Position numbers and translations under genes: made by a program. From assembly GCA_964035545.1 (NCBI GenBank), contig OZ037767.1:31016628-31080627 (forward strand): a stretch of 64,000 nucleotides of DNA, written 5' to 3'. Numbering within the stretch: the first letter of the stretch is position 1; each line of letters begins with the position of its first letter. This document shows positions 55,326 through 64,000 of this stretch, piece by piece. Under the pieces are notes generated by a model. That model saw only the letters and a list, made by a program, of their open reading frames with translations. It was not told where the DNA came from and ran no database searches. This DNA comes from Bugula neritina (Eukaryota > Animalia > Bryozoa).

Positions 55326-58300
55326 GGGTCATTCCACGTCAACTCAACCGATGGCCCACGCCTTTGCGTCTCAGATTTTGTTCATATTTACACCAAATGG
55401 ACCTACACATGTCTTGAGTACTATTCTTGAATATTTCTGGCCTGACACAAAAACTTTTTGAGAAATGACTATTTCCATGAACAGAGGTTGGGAAAAATTT
55501 TGAGGAAAATTTGCGATTTTTACTTTTAGACCAATTTGTAAACGTCCATATCTCAATCATTTTTTTAGACTGAGCTTTAAAATTTGGTGTGTGATTTGAT
55601 AAAACCTATCAGTTTGCACTAGTAATAACACATACTGCAGAATACTTTGTGTGCATATATGCTAAGCCATTGAATATTGGCAAATTTTTATGAATTTTGA
55701 AAAATTTCGAATATTTGCCACATCACAAAAGGCGTTAATTTTTATTTTACTTCCATAAATTTTTATCCATAAATAGTTGATTATGGTGACTTTATACTCC
55801 TTAATTTGTGTAATTTTGAAAATAATATTTTCCGAGATATAGACACCCAAAGTGAAGAAAATGTGAAAATTCGCCCAACTTCACAAGGATGTAACCCGAT
55901 GTTTGAATATGTTAATATTTTTTAAACAAGCATTTTCTGTAACGTCATACAGTGTATTTTGTAGATTCATAAATTTAAATGTCCTTATATTGTCCAAACT
56001 TAAAGTAAATCGCACGGAAAAATGGTATGTGTACGAAAATCGGCAAAATGCAATTTTTCAATATAATATGTTGGGATCATACATTTTTTATCATTCATAT
56101 TGTTCAAAATATCAAGTAGATACATATATGTTTCCTATATATGTCAAATCTACTGAATATTATAATAAAATCTGATTTGTGTGTAATAGCATAAGAAAAA
56201 TTCTGCCGATATGCATTATATGATATTCCCATTAAGTTTCAGGTAGCAATTGTTATTTCTGTGAGTGAATGGTGTGAAACAGCTGAGATTTTGCTGGAAT
56301 CAAGTACATTAAGTAGCTGAAGCAAGGGTGGCTTAAAAAACATGCCCAAATATAACACCATGGCCCTGAACACAATAGGCCTAATTAATTGAATGACGGT
56401 GGTGTTTAGTACATGCCGGAAATAATTGTGTCTTTTAAAACAGATGTGCCTAAATATAGCAGAATGGCCCTAACCTCGCCCTAATTTGGTCAGTACTGGT
56501 TAAAAAATCAAGTAATTGGCCTCATGCCATGTCTAATGTTCATCCTGAAAAAATTTACAGCTCTCTTTTTCATAACTGGAAACAATGGTCTTCCAACTTT
56601 AATATCTGGTTCAGACAGAATTCCTTTTGCAGTCTTCTGGCTTGCTGTGCAAGGTAGTTGTTGGGTTTTTACATAAGCTGGAAAAGCTTTTCCCTAATAC
56701 ATGATAGCTTTTTACATATCATCTCAGCTATATTATGCTTTTCCATTTTCATTATAGCTAATACACAAAAGCTAACTTTTTTACGACTGTAAAGACCCAG
56801 CAGTTTTTCTCTTATCCAAACTTGCATTTCACACTTGTACTGGCAACTTGTAACTCATGAGATAACCTTTTTTTCACGGTGCTATTTCTTCAGTCTGCTA
56901 CTATAATAAATATTTATTTCTCTAACTTAAAACACAACGATAATTGTTTACTCCAAATTCTATAGATGTCTTATCAATGGTCCAGCTTTCTGGTGCCAAT
57001 GTCAATAACTGGACCTTCTTTTGTCCCAAAGATACTTTCACCTTATTTAAGGAACATATTAATATGTTCAAATCTTTATGATTATTAGGCTTTATACAGG
57101 CATTTGTTGCTTCTGGGTGGAGTTCCTCTCTCTCTATACTTGCAACTGTGGCAACCTTTTTAGCAATGACCTCCTCCACTTGATTCTGTTTTTTCCCCAT
57201 AGTTCACTTTACTGGAAGGGCTAATTTTTGGGGCTCTCCTGGTATAATTCTACTCTTTTGAACTGTAGAAACTGAGAGAAACTGTGCAATATTAATTGCT
57301 TTAAAAAAAGCTGAGCTCTCAGAATACTCTCAAGAAACTAAAAGTGATGCATTTCTTGAAGTTGAGAAGGAAGCACAGACACTAAACACTGGAATGACAG
57401 AATTGGAAGCTTCTCCCGTGAAAGTTGCAAAATTAGCCCATCCAGTAAAGTGAGCTATAGGAAAAGAAAACAAAAGAAAGTTCAGGAGGTCATTACTGAA
57501 AAGGTAGAAACAGTCTTGGGTATAGATGAAGAAGAACTCCGCCCAGAAGCAGTATGAAGTGTAGTAATCATAAAGATTTGAAAAAATTAGTATGATCCTT
57601 GAATAAGGACGCGGAAGTTTTCTTGTGACTAGAGAGGGTCTAGTTATTGACATTAGCATGAAAAGCTAGACCATCGATAGAACAGCCATAGAATTTGGAG
57701 CAAACAATTACCTGGCCCAGCAAGCCAGAAAACTGCAAAGGAAATTCTGTTTGAACTAGATGGTAAAGTTGGAAAACCATTCTCTCCACATTCAAAAGAA
57801 AAAGTTGTAGATTTTTTCAGGATGATGAATATTATTCTTAGCCTGGGCAAATTGCTAACCTGATTAGGGTGAGGTTAGGACCATTCTGCTATATTTAGAC
57901 ACAGTCTGTTTCAAAAGCCACAATTGTTTTCAGCATGCATTAACCCCCTCGTTGACCTAATTCGGCCTATTGTATTCAGGACCATGGTGTTATGTTTGGG
58001 TATGCTTTTTGAAGCCTTCCTTGCCTCAGCTACTTAATGTACTTGATTCCAGCAAAATTTCAGTTGTTTCACACCATTCACTCACAGAAATAACAATTGT
58101 TACCTGAAACTTAATGGGAATATCATATAATGCATATCGGCAGAATTTTTCTTACGCTATTACACACAAATCAGATTTTATTATAATCTTCAGTAGATTT
58201 GACATATATAGGAGACATATATGTATCTACTTGACATTTTGAACAATATGAATAATAAAAATTGTATGATCCCAACATATTATATTGAAAAATTGCATTT

Positions 58301-59029
58301 TGCCGATTTTCGTACACATACCATTTTTCCGTGCGATTTACTTTAAGTTTGGACAATATAAGGACATTTAAATTTATGAATCTACAAAATACACTGTATG
58401 ACGTTACAGAAAATGCTTGTTTAAAAAATATTAACATATTCAAACATCGGGTTACATCCTTGTGAAGTTGGGCGAATTTTCACATTTTCTTCACTTTGGG
58501 TGTCTATATCTCGGAAAATATTATTTTCAAAATTACACAAATTAAGGAGTATAAAGCCACCATAATCAACTATTTATGGATAAAAATTTATGGAAGTAAA
58601 ATAAAAATTAACGCCTTTTGTGATGTGGCAAATATTCGAAATTTTTCAAAATTCACAAAAATTTGCCAATATTCAATGGCTTAGCATATATGCACACAAA
58701 GTATTCTGCAGTATGTGTTATTACTAGTGCAAATTGATAGGTGTTATCAAATCACACACCAAATTTTAAGGCTCAGTCTAGAAAAATAATGGAGATATGG
58801 ACGTTTACAAATTGGTCTAAAAGTAAAAATCGCAAATTTTCCTCAAAATTTTTCCCAACCTCTGTTCATGGAAATAGTCATTTCTCAAAAAGTTTTTGTG
58901 TCAGGCCAGAAATATTCAAGAATAGTACTCAAAACATATGTAGGTCCATTTGGTGTAAATATGAACAAAATCTGAGACGCAAAGGCCTGGGACTTTCTGA
59001 AATTTGGTTGATTTGACGCGGAATGACCC
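55326..59029. mobile_element. Non-autonomous Sola2-like DNA transposon with >1-kb terminal inverted repeats (foldback structure)
   Basis: Termini GGGTCATTCC...GGAATGACCC with a 4-bp TSD GTTT (55322-55325, 59030-59033). Arms ~55326-56490 and ~57860-59029 are reverse complements, as shown by mirror ORFs 55662-55850/58496-58684 and 55903-56175/58171-58443. Internal decayed transposase-like peptide QLLTLAPESWTIDKTSIEFGVNNY. GRG termini plus a 4-bp TSD fit Sola2; the family call is from recall, not a search. Confidence 0.85.
56530..57840. pseudogene. Two decayed, oppositely oriented transposase N-terminal fragments
   Basis: Minus strand 56530-57200 and plus strand ~57330-57840 both encode related LLTLA..SWTID...EFG.NNYLAQQAR...KVG.P...FFQD pieces with stops and frameshifts. 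Confidence 0.65.
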
Positions 59030-60550
59030 GTTTATATTTTCAAGATCATTGTGAAAATTATTATATTATATTATGTTATTGTGGTATTTATTGTTGAATA
59101 AATGGATTCACATATTTATTGCTCTCATCTTTAGTTTATCTTTTAAATCAATATTACTGAGACTGTGATTCATGGAGCAAATTCATAGAGAAAATTGGGA
59201 GTTGTGGGCTCCTGATGATTCATGCACTGATAGCAGTGTGGCTGTGTGATTCACACTGTACAATGCAGCCTGCCAGCATTTCTGTAGACTTGATTGTAAT
59301 TTCCAGGCTGACTAAACACTTATGCTGCCTACACGACCTTTGAATGACCCCGCAGATTTTTGGAGAATGTTTAGTGCAGCTGACCTTCTTGGAATGTGAG
59401 GATGTAATGGTACTGCTTATCCAGATGATAGAAGTCAACTTACCTGGTAACACTTTACTCTTATAGCTTTGTGATTGTCACTGCACACACACTTATATCA
59501 TTAACTCTGTTGAATGTTTCACAAACTCTGCAAAGTGAAATATGTCACCAATTGATGCTTGGCAGTCAACTGGAAAACTAGAACTTACTGTAAAACTTTG
59601 GAGTTATTGTTTCTTTACATGGTTGCAAATAGTACGTTATTTAGCATAATACTATGTTGATATTAGCTGTATAAAATAGTTTCTCTTTGTATTATATTAT
59701 ATATATTTTATTGTATTATTGTATCTCATTCAGTTTTTTTGTCAAGGCAATCTGTAAAATACTCTGCTGTCATGCTGACTTTAGCTTATTTGGTAATAAA
59801 ATATTTATCAGATCTTTGATTAATAATAATAATATGATATTCTAACTTTTAATAAAAAATAATTTAAGTTTTATCTTCTGTAATTCTTAATGACTGTTAA
59901 TTCTTCTCTCGGCATGTTCTGGTATGTTTAGTTGTTTACAAGTTGTTGCAATTAGTCGTTACTTGAGTTGTTACTCTGAAATATTGTTGTGTAGTGCAAG
60001 TCAGTTCTTGCTCCTGCCCCATCACAATTATTCTATAATTATCACGATAGAAAAGATATGATATGTGTAGTACGGAAGCCAGCATGCTATTCCCTATTCT
60101 ATTCAGTTACACTTCGCTAGGTCACCATGACTTTTGAAAGACACTAAAAGCTGATATATTTGCTGGTGTAGAAGTGATAAACTTCCATGACAGCTGCCCA
60201 CATGGTCTGATCATTTTTAAATGAGAGACGCCTGCTTTTCATAGGCTGTAGCCAAGCAGACTGCCACAGTTTTGGCATCAGGATTTGCACTGACTAAACT
60301 GCTGCAGTTATGTAACACATAATGCGACATGTAGATAACCTGATAAACACTGCATGACAATTCAATGGTTTAAATCAGCTCATTAAAACTGTTGACCAGC
60401 ATGTTTAATTGTTCCTGTAACTTTAATAAGATTTTTGCAATGCAGCTAGTAGTACAAGAATACACCTAATAACCAAGTACATTAGTGTACTTATTCATAT
60501 CACTTGTGGAATCTTCAACATTTACAAATATTCTCTTCACTCAAAAGTAG

Positions 60551-61510
60551 ATGGAGAAAGCTACACTCTGCAACACCGATGCCGAAGTATGCGAGTACAG
60601 AGCTGCCTATTTAGTCAACTTGTCTTTGAATTGCCTGACTGTAGCGTTGAATATCATACATATAATTCTAATGAGTAAGTTAGCCAACTCTAAGAAGACC
60701 ACTTACTACTGGATACTGATTAATATGTCCTTGACGGACATCATGGTGAGTGGAACATACGGCGTGCTGGTGAGTTGTGTAGTAAACAGGGCGGTGTACA
60801 AGCTACCCCGGAGTTCTGCAGAGTACTTCCTACGAACTAGGGCCGCCATGACGTTAGCAATTACTGCCATCAGGAATTTTGTGTTGGCAATTGCTAGCTA
60901 TGAGAGGTACGTGAAAATCTGTACACCCCTGGAAGTGGAGAACAACAAACTGCTCAACCACTTGGGGTGGAGTATGGCTGTTATCTGGGTGGTGTGTTAC
61001 GGCTTGACAATACCTGCATACGTTACGGATATAGAAGACATTTGTTTTGGCGATTTCACGCTTTCTGGAAAGTTGGGGTTGCAAAATATTTTTGTTTCTA
61101 TGCTGCTGTTAACTGTGCCGGCTGTGATTACATTCACCTGTCTATTCAAAGTGTGGAGAGAGTTGAAACGGATCATAGAGAGAGACGCTACCAAGGATGG
61201 TAGTTTGGAAGCTCAGATCGCCGGTCGTTACGTCTTGCTTGTGTGTCTACTGTTTTACTTCTCTTACGCCCCTCAAATATTGGCAACCATCTTGAATTAT
61301 TTCCACTACATTTCTATCGACACAGTGAAGGTACTCAACTGGATTTCAGTTCTTTCTCAGTCTGTATACGGAACTCTGAATATCATAATTTATGTATCAA
61401 TGACTAAAGGATACAGGGTACACGTGCTAACAATAGTCTCGAAAACACTCCGATGCCGGAATATTCTGCACTCTTCTGAAAGCACAGTAACACCTTCTCC
61501 TGATATGTAG
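60551..61510 (+). CDS. Intronless rhodopsin-like (class A) orphan GPCR, 319 aa
   Basis: Seven hydrophobic segments, TM1 Asn, TM2 SLTD, TM3 SYERYVKICTPL, TM4 W, TM6 FYFSYAP, TM7 LNIIIY. Confidence 0.92.
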   Translation: MEKATLCNTDAEVCEYRAAYLVNLSLNCLTVALNIIHIILMSKLANSKKTTYYWILINMSLTDIMVSGTYGVLVSCVVNRAVYKLPRSSAEYFLRTRAAMTLAITAIRNFVLAIASYERYVKICTPLEVENNKLLNHLGWSMAVIWVVCYGLTIPAYVTDIEDICFGDFTLSGKLGLQNIFVSMLLLTVPAVITFTCLFKVWRELKRIIERDATKDGSLEAQIAGRYVLLVCLLFYFSYAPQILATILNYFHYISIDTVKVLNWISVLSQSVYGTLNIIIYVSMTKGYRVHVLTIVSKTLRCRNILHSSESTVTPSPDM

Positions 61511-63475
61511 GCAGTTTTTATTTCTTTAATCATTTAGTTCTCCTTGTAATGATATCTATTCCTAGTTTTATAGTTTAAAGGAATATTTTAGTTGAAAAAC
61601 TCGTTCAAGTACAACTACAACTAGTAACTAACTCGCAGAAGTCAGAATAAAAACATTATTCACTATTTAGCATAAACCGTGCTTTCAACTTTATTATAAT
61701 GCTTTTAAGAATAACCGCACTCTTGAACTATATACTGCTACACTTTGTTTCCTGTAGACTATATTACTTGGTTTATAAATTTCAATAGCAGATTAATGTA
61801 GTTATATTAGTTTGAGAGCTCTATTCTCACCGAGTCTACTATTCGAAGCTCTATAACTTAAGGTGGTTTAATTTCTAGATAGTCCTCTCCTTTCCTACGC
61901 CTGTGTACAAGACTGGTGTTTCGTTGTATTTAGTATAGTCTTTATTTTCGCCTAATTCTATGTTTATTTTGTGAGAATGCTTTCTTGTACTGTCAGCATT
62001 TCCTGTTCTACGGTCAGCTCTACATGACTATCCAATACGCTGACAATTTACTTTTGAAAACTAATGTAAAGCCAATCTGATTTCTTAGACTTTAAAATTG
62101 GAATGAAACAGTTAGAATTGTCTCTGTTACCAATTGCGAAAGTCATTGTTTCTTAAAATAAATTTGCCAACATGAAAAATATAATATGTTATGGTAAATG
62201 AGCAATTTATCCTAAGACAATAATTTACCAAAACACTGCCCTATGATAATAGATAACAAAGTTTTTAAATATAAGCTACAGGTCACATGACCAGCTATCT
62301 ACTGTTTAGAAGTACTAAAATAGAGAGGGCATAACTCCCAGTAGCTTGGTGAAGAGAGGCAGCTTGTGCTGCCTTATACAACTCTGTACTTGTGGGGTGC
62401 TTCATGCTTGTTTCTATAAATAAATAGCAGAGTAACATAGCATTGTTTACTCATTAAACAATTGTGTCAATTTCACTCAGGCATTATATCAATGATCTAT
62501 ACTCTATAGTCTATTCTCTATATTCTATACTCTATACTCTATACTCTATAGTCTATACTCTACAGTTTATACTCTATTGTGATCAGTTGAAAAAATGTAG
62601 ATTATGAAACATTCAACAGCATATCCCAATTCTTGTCACCATTGTTTTACTAAGTTAGACCATCAGATGTTGACGCTATGTTTATAAACATGGCAATATA
62701 ATATAATATAGTATAATATAATATATGAGGGTGTGATCATTTGAAAACTGGAAGAGGTCTTGTAATATAGCATGTTTTTATATTCAGAAACTGTGGAATA
62801 TACTGAATCTATTTATCGGAAGCAACTCCAATAGGTAGATTCAGGATAACGTATAGGATAATGATGACACAAAATATACCAACTGACCTTCAATATTGAG
62901 TGATGTTCAATTTTACGTATTGTAATGAGATGTAATGGGTATTGACAATGGTAATTTATATTTCACGCACACGCACGCACACTTGCACACACACACAACA
63001 CACGCACTGAAGCAACAACCTATAAATTGTTATGTGATTGCAAAAATAGATAAAGACAAGTTTTCATTGACATGCAGTTTTGAGTAGATATTATAATTTA
63101 TTTAATTAGTTTATGTCGAGAAAAATTGTAATTTATGATAAATCAATACATAAATAATATATCACTGTTTCTCACTGAATATGTTTTAGTCGTTGCATAA
63201 ATGATTGTACAATTGAATATAGCTCTAGTTTTAAATGAAACTCATGTTTGCCATTTGAGCCTGTGAGGAAATGCTCTTTTAAACGAGCAGTCAGGGTGGG
63301 TGTGTAATAGTCACACTATTGAAATATGAAGGTTTTACCTCCGGGCATTAATGTACCCACTCACGTTAGACTGGCACTAAATGAAAGACATGCTGAAAAC
63401 ACTCGACTCTACTGCCTTCAATCAATACGAGTTTCTTGCTGTCGAGGCTGTTTCTTGCTGTCGAGGCTGTCAGCA

Positions 63476-64000
63476 ATGGAGGATGTGGAAAGGGCAGAGC
63501 TGTGCAGTAATGAGACTCAGATTTGCGAAAATGCGAGCCTACAGCATGCCAGCCTGTCTCTTAATATCTTCACTATACTAGTAAACATTCTTCATATAAT
63601 TCTAATGGGGAAAATAGCAAAGTGTAAGCGGACGACTTACTACTGGATACTGATAAACATGTCCCTAACTGATATCATGACGAGCGTGACTTACAGTGTA
63701 CTGGCCAGCTGCTCACTCAAACAGATAGCCTACGAATCCTCCAAATCTGTAGCAGAGTACTTCCTGCGCACCAGGGCAGCTGCCACATTAGCCACTACAG
63801 CAGTTAGGAACTTTGTGCTGGCCGTGGCAAGTTACGAGAGGTACGTGAAGATCTGTTTACCTCTAAAAGCAGACGACAAGCTACTCGATCACTTGGGGTG
63901 GGTTATGGCCATCCTTTGGACAGCTTGCTACGGGGTATCTCTTCCAGTATTCCTGACGAACCTAGATGACGTTTGTTATGGGGATTTTACTATGGCTGGA
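63476..64000 (+). CDS. Second tandem class-A GPCR paralogue (5' part; runs off the window end)
   Basis: Open frame MEDVERAELCSNETQICE...TTYYWILINMSLTDIM...AEYFLRTRAA...RNFVLAVASYERYVKICLPL...CYGDFTMAG, collinear with 60551-61510; absent from the ORF track because it has no stop in the window. Confidence 0.92.
   Translation, partial: MEDVERAELCSNETQICENASLQHASLSLNIFTILVNILHIILMGKIAKCKRTTYYWILINMSLTDIMTSVTYSVLASCSLKQIAYESSKSVAEYFLRTRAAATLATTAVRNFVLAVASYERYVKICLPLKADDKLLDHLGWVMAILWTACYGVSLPVFLTNLDDVCYGDFTMAG

Noticed and set aside
55339-59016. Mirror-image short ORFs in the transposon arms
   Set aside because: By-products of the inverted repeats with AT-rich non-coding composition; useful only as evidence of symmetry
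63381-63581. 66-aa ORF as a frameshifted N-terminus implying a GPCR pseudogene
   Set aside because: The GPCR has its own ATG at 63476 aligning with the paralogue's start, and removing the 19-bp duplication does not bring the upstream ATGs into frame

Overview
AT-rich, intron-containing animal genomic DNA, probably an invertebrate. A lophotrochozoan-like origin is only an impression; the species cannot be identified from sequence alone. Spliced gene models were rebuilt by hand from GT-AG sites and reading phase. Gene order: (-) M13 neprilysin/ECE-like peptidase (5' part only); (-) TFIIB head-to-head with (+) an atypical dual-specificity phosphatase; (+) CDK8/19; (-) an uncharacterised 8-exon gene with a 21-nt microexon, head-to-head with (+) AFG1L/LACE1; a complete 4-exon antisense orphan gene nested in AFG1L intron 10; (+) DCAF17; a 3.7-kb palindromic Sola2-like DNA transposon with a GTTT target-site duplication just after the DCAF17 stop; and two tandem intronless class-A GPCRs. 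Two window-wide patterns stand out. (1) Degenerate, slowly drifting 6-bp-periodic tracts fill the promoter-proximal first introns of five genes and were not seen elsewhere. (2) Many tandem repeats are anchored on splice donors, splice acceptors or stop codons, creating arrays of decoy signals.
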